Assembly (NCBI GenBank): GCA_963696655.1
Contig: CAVOLB010000051.1
Coordinates: 11,354 to 75,353 of the forward strand
Length of the DNA: 64,000 bases
Reading direction: 5' to 3'
DNA from: an uncultured Alphaproteobacteria bacterium
GTDB lineage: Bacteria > Pseudomonadota > Alphaproteobacteria > Dongiales > Dongiaceae
Below the pieces are notes generated by a model. The model saw only the letters and a list, made by a program, of their open reading frames with translations, did no database searches and was not told the DNA's origin. This document shows positions 49,323-58,313 of the stretch, one piece after another (the first letter of the stretch is position 1; each line of letters begins with the position of its first letter). Position numbers and translations under genes: made by a program.

Positions 49323-50296
49323 GGGCGAGGATCTCCTGACGGCGAGAGGTCTCGGCTCTGCTGGCGCGTATCGCTGGGGCTCCGGCCGAACCGGGCCTTG
49401 TAGTGACGGCTGAACTGGGCCTGATCGCCGAAGCCCCAGAAATGGGCGATCTCGGCGAGGGTCCGGCGCCCGCGCGGGTCGCGCAGCGCCTCGTCGCAAC
49501 GGAGCAGCCGCTGCTCGCGCACCCACTGGCCCAGCGACTGGCCCCTCTCCTGGAAGAGCTGGTGCAGATAGCGCACCGAGAGGCCGCAGGCGTCGGCGAC
49601 GCTCTGCGGCGAAAGCCGGCTCGAAGTCAGGTTCTGGCGCAGATGGCGCTCGATGCGCCGCAGATGCGCCTGCTTGACCGGGGACTGGCGGCTTTCGAGG
49701 ATGCGCGCGTCGTTGTCGAAGGCGAGGGCGAGGAGCTCGATCAATTGCCGCCCCAGCACCTCGCGCCCCGAGGGATGGATCGCCTCGACCGTTTCCGGCA
49801 CGAGGCGCAGCATATCGACGAAGAGCCGGCCGGCCCCTTGCGCGCAATCGAAGCCGAGCGAGGCGAAGCGGTCCGGGATCGAGAGGCGCTGGCGCATCAG
49901 CGAGGCCGGCACGCGCAGGACCCAGAGCGCATTGGCGTCGGGGTCGCTGAACTCGTAGGGCAGGTGACTGCGCTCGACCACGAAGCCGCCGGGGCGGCAG
50001 TCGACATCCATGCCATCCTGCCGGAAGCGGATGGGCGCCCCCTCCGGCACGGTGATGAGGAAATGCTCCTCGGGATCTTTGCGCAGATGCCGGGCATGGC
50101 GGGCATAGGTGATGCCGTCGGTCACGAGCCGCGACAGCGAGACCTCGCCCAGCTCCCAGAGCTCGAGGCTGCCCTCGAACCGGTCGGCATCGCGATAAGT
50201 CAGATCGAGCGGGAAATAGGCCTGCGCCACCGCCTCCTGCCAGAAGCGGCTGCGTTCGCCCGGTGCGATCCCTGCTGTTTCATAGCGGACGGACAA
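49319..50296 (-). CDS. AraC family transcriptional regulator
   Basis: C-terminal dual HTH (SPQSVADACGLSVRYLHQLF ... LAEIAHFWGFGDQAQFSRHYKARFG). Its stop overlaps the coxL-like GTG (GTGA). Confidence 0.85.
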   Translation of the reverse strand: MSVRYETAGIAPGERSRFWQEAVAQAYFPLDLTYRDADRFEGSLELWELGEVSLSRLVTDGITYARHARHLRKDPEEHFLITVPEGAPIRFRQDGMDVDCRPGGFVVERSHLPYEFSDPDANALWVLRVPASLMRQRLSIPDRFASLGFDCAQGAGRLFVDMLRLVPETVEAIHPSGREVLGRQLIELLALAFDNDARILESRQSPVKQAHLRRIERHLRQNLTSSRLSPQSVADACGLSVRYLHQLFQERGQSLGQWVREQRLLRCDEALRDPRGRRTLAEIAHFWGFGDQAQFSRHYKARFGRSPSDTRQQSRDLSPSGDPRP

Positions 50297-50380
50297 TGGC
50301 GTCTCCCGAGGCTGGGTTGTTCCGATGACCCAGCCGAAGCGGTCGCGGGCCTCCCGCCCGGAACGATGCCGTTCCAGGCT

Positions 50381-50440
50381 AGGGCGAGCCCGAGCTTAGG
50401 GCTTGACGCGGGGCGCGCCCAGATTTGCCGAAAAGTGCGC
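50381..50440. repeat. direct repeat copy 1 flanking the Fic gene
   Basis: agggcgagcccgagcttagggcttgacgcggggcgcgcccagatttgccgaaaagtgcgc. By my hand alignment, about 53 of 60 positions match the copy at 51641-51699. Confidence 0.8.
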
Positions 50441-50452
50441 TGGGCGGTGTCT

Positions 50453-51553
50453 CTACCGGTCCGCCAGAGCGTAGCTGGTGCTGCGTCCGCCGCCCGGGTT
50501 CTGGCGCAGGATTCCCCGACTCACCAGGTCCTGGATGTCGCGCGAGGCCGTGTCCTGGGAGCATTTGGCGAGTTTCGCCCATTTCGACGAGCTCAGCTTT
50601 CCCTCGAAACCGTCCAGCAAACGGTTGAGCATGAGCGTCTGACGCTCGTTGAAGGCAAGGCCCCGATGGGTCTCCCAGAACTGTGCCTTCCGCAGGACAT
50701 CCGCCAATTGCCCCCGGGCGCCGTCGATCGCCCGCCCCAGGCAGGCGAGAAACCAGGCCATCCAATCCGTGACGTCGAGCGAGCCCTTCTGGGTCTGCTC
50801 CAGCGTTTCGTAATAGGCGTTCCGCTCCCGCCTGATCTGGGCGGACATGCCGTAGAACCGTTGCGGACTCTGCTCGGAGCGAGCCAGCGCCATGTCGGCT
50901 ATGGCGCGCGCGATGCGGCCGTTGCCGTCCTCGAAGGGATGAATGGTCACGAACCAGAGATGCGCGAGGGCCGCCTTCAGGATGGGATCGGAGGCCGGCG
51001 ATTCCTCGAACCAGGCCAGGAAACGAATCATTTCCTTTGGGACGCGGCGTGCCGGCGGCGCTTCATAGTGAATCCGCTCCCGGCCCAAGGGACCCGAGAT
51101 CACCTGCATCGGCTCCTTGCTCTCGTCGCGCCAGGCGCCCACGTGGATCTGCGCCATGCCGCTGCGGCCGGCCGGAAACAACGCCGCATGCCAGCCGAAC
51201 AACCGCTCCCGGGTCAGGCGACGCTCATAATGGCGGCTGGCGTCGAGCATCATCTCCACCACGCCTTCCACGGCCCGGTCTGCCGGCGTGAGCCCGCCAA
51301 TATCGATCCCGAGGCGGCGGGCGATCGATGAGCGCACCTGGTCAGGGTCGAGCTTCTCGCCCTCGATCTCGCTGGACTTCAGGACGTCCTGGATCAAGGT
51401 CTGGAGCGTGGCCTCCTCGCGCAGCTCGAACCCCAACGCCTGCATCCGACCCAGCAACAAGCCTTGCCGGTGGCGGAGATCCGCGAGCGGTTCCGAAAGC
51501 CGTTCCCGGTCCCATCGAAACTCGGGCCAGGACGGGCGCTGCCAGATATACAT
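50453..51553 (-). CDS. Fic/DOC family protein, class II (intramolecular inhibitory helix), N-terminal DUF4172-like and C-terminal wHTH
   Basis: Fic motif HPFEDGNGRIARA, inhibitory motif SSEIEG fitting (S/T)xxxE(G/N), and the start MYIWQRPSWPEF at ATG 51553. Confidence 0.88.
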   Translation of the reverse strand: MYIWQRPSWPEFRWDRERLSEPLADLRHRQGLLLGRMQALGFELREEATLQTLIQDVLKSSEIEGEKLDPDQVRSSIARRLGIDIGGLTPADRAVEGVVEMMLDASRHYERRLTRERLFGWHAALFPAGRSGMAQIHVGAWRDESKEPMQVISGPLGRERIHYEAPPARRVPKEMIRFLAWFEESPASDPILKAALAHLWFVTIHPFEDGNGRIARAIADMALARSEQSPQRFYGMSAQIRRERNAYYETLEQTQKGSLDVTDWMAWFLACLGRAIDGARGQLADVLRKAQFWETHRGLAFNERQTLMLNRLLDGFEGKLSSSKWAKLAKCSQDTASRDIQDLVSRGILRQNPGGGRSTSYALADR

Positions 51554-51634
51554 ATAATCTCCGCAAATTATGCGGAGATTATATGGCCTAATCTCCGCAC
51601 GCTGCAAGGGGTTCTCCGCATAATTTGCGGAGAA
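51552..51634. promoter_or_regulatory. cluster of TCTCCGCA-N5-TGCGGAGA palindromes at the Fic 5' end
   Basis: ATATAATCTCCGCA AATTA TGCGGAGATTATAT (51552-51584, overlapping the start codon), a half-site TAATCTCCGCA (51589-51599), and TTCTCCGCA TAATT TGCGGAGAA (51612-51634). Confidence 0.6.
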
Positions 51635-51640
51635 AACCAG

Positions 51641-51699
51641 AGGGCAGGCCCGAGTTTAGGGCTTGACGAGGGGGCGCCCAGTTTTGCCGAAGAGTGCGC
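51641..51699. repeat. direct repeat copy 2 flanking the Fic gene
   Basis: agggcaggcccgagtttagggcttgacgagggggcgcccagttttgccgaagagtgcgc, in the same orientation as copy 1 and 1260 nt away. Confidence 0.8.
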
Positions 51700-51928
51700 A
51701 GTTACCCTCTCTGAGCGCAAATTCTGGCTTCACGCTCGCTAGCAGGTGTTTCTGGCCAGCCAGAAGAACGGGCACCGCCTCCGGTATAGTCACGACCTTT
51801 AATGCTCCTTTTACTATAACGACAAAAGCGATATTATTTTGCAATTCCTGGGTGTGCTATGATTAGAGATCGGGCCCCAGAGTTTCATCGCTTCGGGTAG
51901 GCGTCTCGCTCAGCGTTGGAGGGCAAGT

Positions 51929-52453
51929 ATGCGCAGTGCTCTTGAAATCTCGATTGTTCAGTTCGAGTCAAAATCCGCTCTGCGTGAAGGCATAGCCAAA
52001 TCTTCTTCCCCACACATCATGCTAGGCGAGCGCGACGAAGCTCCACGAGAATTTTTCTGCTTTACGGTTGGAGAGCACAGGGCCAAGCATATGAACATTG
52101 GCTTGCTATCGGCCGGCGTCGGTATCAAACCGAGTGTCCTACCGCTAGGGGATAGAGTTTTCATTGGATTCAACAAGCGAATAGCGGCAATCGCACTGGA
52201 GAGTTGTGAGCAGCAAGCAGAAATCGAGCTGCGCACGCTGTTCTGGGAATTTATTGATTCTAGCATCGCGGATCATATCTATGTGCGATGTGAAACGGCA
52301 ATTATAGCAATATCCACCGATTGTTCTGAGTTGTGGCGCGTCGATACCCCCGATGTAATCGTAAATTGCAAAATCAAAGAGGCAATTCTACGGCTTGAGC
52401 TCATGGATGCTCCAGCTATCGAGATCGACTTGCTCACCGGCAGAGCAAACTAA
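51929..52453 (+). CDS. hypothetical protein in a low-GC islet
   Basis: It is the only long ORF in an AT-richer stretch (about 51700-52470). No recognisable motif. Alternative internal starts are possible. Confidence 0.5.
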   Translation: MRSALEISIVQFESKSALREGIAKSSSPHIMLGERDEAPREFFCFTVGEHRAKHMNIGLLSAGVGIKPSVLPLGDRVFIGFNKRIAAIALESCEQQAEIELRTLFWEFIDSSIADHIYVRCETAIIAISTDCSELWRVDTPDVIVNCKIKEAILRLELMDAPAIEIDLLTGRAN

Positions 52454-52490
52454 ATTTCTGACCGTTAGTGGATGGCGAACGAATTGAGGG

Positions 52491-54029
52491 CTATCCATAT
52501 TCCTGCCGCAGCAGGTTCCGGTCGACCTTGCCGCCGGCATTGTAGGGCAGGGCGTCGCGCGGGAAGACGCGGTCGGGGCAGCGATAGCTCGCCAGATGGC
52601 GCTTGCAATGGGCGAGCAGGGCGGCGGGATCGACCGGTCCGTCCCTGGCGACGACCACGGCGGCGATGATCTCGCCCCAGACCGGGTCGGGCAGGCCGAT
52701 CACGACGGCGTCCCTGATGCCGGGGAAATCGAGCAGCACCTTCTCGACCTCGGCCGGATAGACGTTCTCGCCGCCGCGGATGATCATCTGTTTCTTGCGG
52801 CCGGCGAGATAGATATAGCCATCCGCGTCGCGATAGCCGAGGTCGCCGCTGAAGAGCCAGCCTTCCTTGATGGTCTTGGCGGTCTCCTCCGGCATCTCCC
52901 AATAGCCCACCATGCCGGTGCCGCCGCGGCTGGCGATCTCGCCGATCTCGCCGGTGGGAACCTCGCGGCCCTGCGCGTCGCAGATCTTGAGCTCGACGCC
53001 GATCGGCGGCCGGCCGATGGAATCGAGATGCTTCGCCCCCCGAAGAAAGGCCTCGCGATGATCCTCGATCGAGAGGATCGATTGCGGCAGATCCTCGGTC
53101 TGGCCGAAGGACTGCACCATCTCGCCGCGAAAGACCGACATGACGTCGCGCAGCAGGCGGGGATTCATCGGCGCGCCGGCATAGACGATCAGGCGCACGT
53201 CGCCGAAATAGGCCGCACCGAACTCGGGCGCCGCCGCCATCATGGCGAGCATGGTCGGCACCAGCGAGAGGAAGGTGACGCGATGCTCGCGCACGGCTGC
53301 CATGGTCGCGTCGAGCTTGAACTGCGGCAGGATCAGGACTCCGGCGCCGCGTACCAGGCAGGTCATGGTGATGACCAGGGCCGAGATATGAAACAGCGGC
53401 GTCGTCACATGGACGATATCATCGGAACGGATGCCGAACTCGATGATGAACTTATAAGCGCGCAGGCAGGCCGCGCGCTGGTCGAGGACCGCGCCCTTGG
53501 GCCTCCCCGTGGTGCCGCTGGTGTAGCAGATGACGAAAGGCGCGCTGCCCTCGACGCCCCTGAGATCGGCAGGGCTACAGGGATGCTTCGCCCGAGCCTC
53601 CTCGCAGAACCTCTCGAGCCGCTGCCAGCCGAGTGCCAGATCGGGCTTCAGCGCCTCGGCCTCGGCGTCGTAGCGCGGTCCGGCGAGCAGGAGCCGCGCG
53701 CCGGAATTCTGGATCTGATAGCGCAGCTCCGGCACGCGCTGGCGATAATTGAGCGGCACGGCGATGGCGCCCAGGGCCGCGATCGCATAGAGGATCTCGA
53801 AGAAGTCGATGCTGTCGACATCGAGCAGCGCCACCCGGTCGCCGGCCCGGATGCCCGATTCCGTCAGATGGCGCGACAGCGACGCGATCTCGCCGGCGAA
53901 GCCTTCGAAGCTGATGGTCCGCTCGGCCGCGATCAGGCAGGGCTTGGTGCCGAACCGCCCGGCGGCGGCGCGCACCAGCGCGGTCAGGCTGTCGCCGTCG
54001 GGATGAAGCGTCGAAGGCAGGCGGTCCAT
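52491..54029 (-). CDS. AMP-dependent acyl-CoA synthetase/ligase
   Basis: AMP-binding motif CYTSGTTGRPKGAVL and ...GEIASRG..., YRDADGYIYLAGRKKQMII. Start ATG at 54029 (MDRLPS...). Confidence 0.88.
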   Translation of the reverse strand: MDRLPSTLHPDGDSLTALVRAAAGRFGTKPCLIAAERTISFEGFAGEIASLSRHLTESGIRAGDRVALLDVDSIDFFEILYAIAALGAIAVPLNYRQRVPELRYQIQNSGARLLLAGPRYDAEAEALKPDLALGWQRLERFCEEARAKHPCSPADLRGVEGSAPFVICYTSGTTGRPKGAVLDQRAACLRAYKFIIEFGIRSDDIVHVTTPLFHISALVITMTCLVRGAGVLILPQFKLDATMAAVREHRVTFLSLVPTMLAMMAAAPEFGAAYFGDVRLIVYAGAPMNPRLLRDVMSVFRGEMVQSFGQTEDLPQSILSIEDHREAFLRGAKHLDSIGRPPIGVELKICDAQGREVPTGEIGEIASRGGTGMVGYWEMPEETAKTIKEGWLFSGDLGYRDADGYIYLAGRKKQMIIRGGENVYPAEVEKVLLDFPGIRDAVVIGLPDPVWGEIIAAVVVARDGPVDPAALLAHCKRHLASYRCPDRVFPRDALPYNAGGKVDRNLLRQEYG

Positions 54030-54052
54030 GGCGGGGCGGCTCTGTCCGGCGA

Positions 54053-54868
54053 TTACTCGAAGCGCGACTGCGCCCAGCGGATTGCGGAGGCGAAGCCGTC
54101 GCGCTTCACCCGCTGCTCCAGCTCGACCTTGAAGGGATCGGGCAGGAAGCAGAGCTCGACGAAGGCGTCCTCGCCCATGGCGATGGCGCTGCTGAAACCC
54201 ATGATCTCGTAGCTGCGATTGACGGCGGCCTTGTTGGCGGTCCAGATCCCGGCAGGGAAACCCTGCAGCTTGCGCGACCATTCGCGCACGCGGGCTTTCA
54301 GCTGGCCGGGATCGCAGAGCTCGTTGACGAGGCCGATGCGCTCGGCGCGCTCCGCGGTCATGAGCTCACCCAGCAGCAGCACTTCCTTCGCGTGGCGGAT
54401 GCCCATGACCCAGGGGCTGATGAGGAAGGGCGCGCTGGCGGCGATGCGGGCCTCGGGCTCGCCGAAAGTCGAGCCCTTGTCGGCCAGCACGAAGTCGCAG
54501 GCCATGGCGAGCTCGAAACCGCCGCCGAGGCAGTAGCCCTCGATCGCGGCGATGACGGGCTTCTTCGAATGCCAGACCTTCCAGCAGGCGGCATTGCCGC
54601 GGCCGATATGGCGCCGGATCTCGTCGGGCCCGCCGCCCTCGAGCTCCGTCAGCGCCGCCGGCAGATCGTAGCCCGAGGAGAAATGCGAGCTCGTGCTGGC
54701 CAGCGCGATGACACGCACGTTCTCATCCGCCGCCGCGTCGTCGAGCGCCTGCCCCAGTTCCGCCCATTGGTGCTCGTCGAAGGCGTTCATCTTCCTGGCG
54801 CGATCGAGGCGGATCCAGCGCAGGCCGTTCTCGTCCTCGATCTTCACTGTCGCGAAAGCGGTGGTCAT
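54053..54868 (-). CDS. enoyl-CoA hydratase/isomerase family protein
   Basis: MNAFDEHQW..., VIAAIEGYCLGGGFELAMACDF and FGEPEA are crotonase-fold motifs. Start ATG at 54868. Confidence 0.85.
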   Translation of the reverse strand: MTTAFATVKIEDENGLRWIRLDRARKMNAFDEHQWAELGQALDDAAADENVRVIALASTSSHFSSGYDLPAALTELEGGGPDEIRRHIGRGNAACWKVWHSKKPVIAAIEGYCLGGGFELAMACDFVLADKGSTFGEPEARIAASAPFLISPWVMGIRHAKEVLLLGELMTAERAERIGLVNELCDPGQLKARVREWSRKLQGFPAGIWTANKAAVNRSYEIMGFSSAIAMGEDAFVELCFLPDPFKVELEQRVKRDGFASAIRWAQSRFE

Positions 54869-54998
54869 GAGCGTGATCCCTCGATGAGGCGAATTGGCAG
54901 GCGCGCCTTGATTGCGCGTCCCCTGACCGGCGAGCAGTTGAATGGCTTTTGGGTGCCGCGGCAAGAGTGCCTGTGGAGCCAAGGCGCCGAAAGCTTCG

Positions 54999-56993
54999 TC
55001 AGTCGCTCTGCGTCTGACGCTGCACGACATGGACCGCGCCGGAGGGCATCGTTTCATCGACCGGCGAAGTGTCGACGTCGCCCTCGGATGTCGAGGTTGC
55101 GATCTCGACCGGCGGCAGGTCGGGCTTCGCCACCGGCAGGGGGGCAAAGGAGCGGCGCGGCTGATCGAGGGCGCCCAACGCATAGGCCTTGCCTTCGAAG
55201 ACATCGCGCTCGAGCAGCTCGATCGAGGCCAGCCATTCGGCGGCGCGCTGGCATTCGGGGTCGCTGTCGCCGTCGCGGCAGACCTCGGCCACCTCGCGCC
55301 CGCGATAGACCAGGGTCGCTTCCGGCAGCGGACGGTAGAGGCGGTCCCCCGGCGTCCGCGACAGGTCGAACAGCGTCTTCTGCGAATTGCCGACGAGATC
55401 CATCACCAGCCGGGGCAGCTCGAACATCGGCACCGACCCCACCCGCAAGGGTCCGCGCTTGCCGTCGATCACCAGCAGCGGCGTCGCATCGGAGACGCCG
55501 TACTGATCCGCGGTGAAATCGCCGAAGCGGTCGGCCAGAAGGCCCAATTCCACATAGCCGCCGAACTGGGCGCCCAAGCCGGGCAGATGGTCGCCAAAGG
55601 CGATGACGATCGCTTCGGGGTCGGCCGCGGTGATGCGCTCGATCTCGTCGGCCAGCTCGCGCGATTTGTGCCGGATCACGCTGCCATAGCGCTGCACCAA
55701 CTCGTTCGGCGATTGGGCGGTGAGCACGGCCGGATGCCCGTCGCCCAGATCGTATGACCAGTGCCCGTAATAGGTCATGACATAGCTCAAGGTCGGGCGA
55801 TCGTCCCGCTCGCGATCGAGCCTGGCCGCGACCTGCCGATAAAGGGAACGGTCCGACAGGAAGGGGCCGGTCAGATCGTCGAGATCGAAATCCTTCACCG
55901 ACCAGAATTTCTCGAAGCCGGCATGGCGGTAGGCGTTCTGCCGGTTCCAGAAGCCCGGTCCATTGGGATGGGAGGCGACGGTGCGATAGCCGAGCTGGCC
56001 CAGCGCCTGCGGCAGGCAGGGCAGGTCGTTGTCGAAGCCGCTCTCGAACTTCACGGCGAAATCATGGACCGGGAAGCCGCAGAGGAACTCGAACTCGGCA
56101 TTGGCGGTCTGGCCGCCGAAGGCGGGACTGAGCGCGGTCGATTTTCCGGCCTGCTCCCACAGCGCCTCGAAGCGCGGATCGAACGGCGGCTCGCTATAGC
56201 CGGCCTTCGTCAGCAGCGAGGGATCCCAGAAGCTCTCCAGCACCATCACATAGATATTGCGGGGCTTGGCCGGCACCGCGAGGTTGCCGAACCAGGGCTG
56301 TGCCAGTCTCAGGGTTGCGGCGGCGAGGGCCTCGGCGCGGGTGGACCCGGGGTGATGGCTGGCGAGCTCGCGCGCGATCTCCTGCAGGCTGTGCAGGGCC
56401 GCACCCCGCCAGACATAATTCTCGCGCTGGTCCCAGGTGGTGTTGCCGAAACGCTCATCCATCGCCGCGACGAGGGGCGCGGGCGCCAGCACGGGAATGG
56501 CGAACAGCAGCGCCAGTCCGGCCAGCCCCAGTTTGGCCCCGAGGCCGCGCCAGGTGAGATTGACGAGAACAAGCCCGGCCAGGATCGCCAGCGGCAGGCA
56601 GAGGGCGACCCAGCCCAGCGGCCCCAGCACCTCGATCAGCGCGGGAAAGGAATCGATGTCGTCCGGCATCATCGGCCGGCCCAGCAGCGCGATCTTCAGC
56701 GGATTGCCGATCCACAAGGCCGCGACCAGCAGAGTCTGGACCAGCAGGAAGACCCAGACGCGGCGCGAGGCGAGGAACAGGAGCCAGGAAACCGCGAGCA
56801 GCAACCCGCCGTCCCACAACATGCGGCTGCGCACGATGCGGATCCCGAACTGCCATTGCGCAAGGGAATCGGCCAGGAGATAGAGCAGCAGGGTGGAGAC
56901 GATCGGAATCCACCAGCGCGAGCGAGCGAAATGAAGTCCGAGACCGGATATCGGGGCGGGAATTGGCATCCAGAGGCTCGGCTGCGCGGTCAA
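54999..56993 (-). CDS. LTA-synthase-like membrane sulfatase/phosphotransferase (alkaline phosphatase superfamily)
   Basis: N-terminal polytopic region followed by an extracytoplasmic sulfatase domain (NIYVMVLESFWDP..., TANAEFEFLCG, GDHLPG). Confidence 0.75.
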   Translation of the reverse strand: MTAQPSLWMPIPAPISGLGLHFARSRWWIPIVSTLLLYLLADSLAQWQFGIRIVRSRMLWDGGLLLAVSWLLFLASRRVWVFLLVQTLLVAALWIGNPLKIALLGRPMMPDDIDSFPALIEVLGPLGWVALCLPLAILAGLVLVNLTWRGLGAKLGLAGLALLFAIPVLAPAPLVAAMDERFGNTTWDQRENYVWRGAALHSLQEIARELASHHPGSTRAEALAAATLRLAQPWFGNLAVPAKPRNIYVMVLESFWDPSLLTKAGYSEPPFDPRFEALWEQAGKSTALSPAFGGQTANAEFEFLCGFPVHDFAVKFESGFDNDLPCLPQALGQLGYRTVASHPNGPGFWNRQNAYRHAGFEKFWSVKDFDLDDLTGPFLSDRSLYRQVAARLDRERDDRPTLSYVMTYYGHWSYDLGDGHPAVLTAQSPNELVQRYGSVIRHKSRELADEIERITAADPEAIVIAFGDHLPGLGAQFGGYVELGLLADRFGDFTADQYGVSDATPLLVIDGKRGPLRVGSVPMFELPRLVMDLVGNSQKTLFDLSRTPGDRLYRPLPEATLVYRGREVAEVCRDGDSDPECQRAAEWLASIELLERDVFEGKAYALGALDQPRRSFAPLPVAKPDLPPVEIATSTSEGDVDTSPVDETMPSGAVHVVQRQTQSD

Positions 56994-57224
56994 TTGACTC
57001 TGAAATGAAACCTGTCTGTAGCAACAAGTTCATAAAGCAGAGTTGGACGGCGCGCCAGCCATCCGAAAGGAGGGCGTCCCGGAGCCACTCCTTCCGAGAA
57101 AAAAGTCGGTTATTTCAAGTTATTGTCGGAAATCCGCGCCCGCCGGCTGCTGTGGGCGGCCGCGCGAAGCTATCGCTTCCGCAGGAGGCGCAGGTCACAT
57201 GCGGCTCTGTCAGTTGGCCGAAGA

Positions 57225-58211
57225 TTAACGGACATAGCCGCGCTCGCGGAACCAGACGATCGCGTCCGCGATCGCTTCGCGCGCGGGCCGCGGGCGGAAG
57301 CCCAATTCCTGGATCGCGCGCTCGCTGCTGAAGAACATGGTCTTGCGTGCGAGCTTCACCGCCTCGCGGGTCGCAAAGGGCTCGGTCCCCGTCGCCCGGG
57401 CCCAGAGCTCGGCCAGCCCTGCGATCGGCATCACCAGCCCGTGCCGCAGTTTCAGGCGCGGCGGCGGGCGGTCGGTCAATTCGGCGACCGTCGCCAGGAT
57501 GCTGGCGAGGCTGAGATTCTCCGAGCCCAGAATGTAGCCGCGGCCGGTGCGCCCTCGTTCGAGCGCCAGGATATGGCCTTCGGCGACATCGTCGACATGC
57601 ACGACATTGAGGCCGGTGTCGACATAGGCCGGCATCCGCCCATTGGCGGCATCCACCACCATCTTGCCGGTCGGCGTCGGCTTGATGTCGCGAGGGCCGA
57701 CCGGCGTCGAAGGATGGGTGATGATCACGGGCAATCCTTCCGCGATCATCTGGCGCACGACGAGTTCGGCGGCATGCTTCGATTGCTTGTAGGCGCCGAC
57801 CATATCGGCGGCGCTGCCGGCATCCTCCTCGCAGGCGGGGCTGTTGTCCGGGTGCGGCAACAGGGTCGCGACGCTGCTGGTATAGACGATGCGCCGAACG
57901 CCGGTCTCGGCCGCCGCGCGCATCAGCGCCCGCGTGCCCTCGACATTGGCCTTGAACATGGGCGCCGGATCGGGAACCCAGAGCCGATAGTCGGCCGCCA
58001 CATGAAAGAGCGTATCGCAGCCCTTGACGGCCGCGGCGAGCGAGGCGGGGTCCATCAAATCGCCGGCAATGATCTCGACGCGGAGATCTTCGAGGTTGCG
58101 GCGATCCGCGGCCGGGCGCACCAGCACGCGCACGGTCTCGCCTCGGGCGAGCAGCTTGTGAGCCAGCGCCGAGCCGACGAATCCCGTGGCACCCGTTATC
58201 AGCGTCGTCAT
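57225..58211 (-). CDS. NAD-dependent epimerase/dehydratase, HpnA-like
   Basis: MTTLITGATGFVGSALAHKLLARGETVRVLVRP...DRRNLEDL.VEIIAGDL.DPASL resembles hopanoid-associated sugar epimerases. Also has a YxxxK motif (YKQSK). Confidence 0.7.
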   Translation of the reverse strand: MTTLITGATGFVGSALAHKLLARGETVRVLVRPAADRRNLEDLRVEIIAGDLMDPASLAAAVKGCDTLFHVAADYRLWVPDPAPMFKANVEGTRALMRAAAETGVRRIVYTSSVATLLPHPDNSPACEEDAGSAADMVGAYKQSKHAAELVVRQMIAEGLPVIITHPSTPVGPRDIKPTPTGKMVVDAANGRMPAYVDTGLNVVHVDDVAEGHILALERGRTGRGYILGSENLSLASILATVAELTDRPPPRLKLRHGLVMPIAGLAELWARATGTEPFATREAVKLARKTMFFSSERAIQELGFRPRPAREAIADAIVWFRERGYVR

Positions 58212-58313
58212 GGCAGCGAGGTCCGCCCGGCCGGAAAGCGAGTCGTTTGGGCGCCCACTATCGCGTCCCCGGACCCCGGAGGCCAGCCGCTTGATGACGC
58301 GGGCGGTCGACGA

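Noticed and set aside
49323-49847. Upstream extensions of track ORFs: coxL-like 46938..49847, ligase 52491..54281, hydratase 54053..55204, copA 58716..61259, arsR 25309..26541
   Set aside because: The extensions overlap neighbouring genes or promoters and translate to Arg/Pro-rich sequence. Internal starts with SD sequences coincide with the beginning of homology.
47109-51331. 764-aa and 642-aa plus-strand ORFs
   Set aside because: Antisense to the coxL-like, araC and Fic genes, all of which have diagnostic motifs. No motifs in the plus-strand translations.
50297-52470. Mobile-element machinery (integrase, transposase, tRNA-derived att site) around the Fic cassette and low-GC islet
   Set aside because: No recombinase-like ORF or tRNA fragment is present. 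Only the direct repeats support mobility, so I report the region as a repeat-flanked cassette and not as a defined mobile element.
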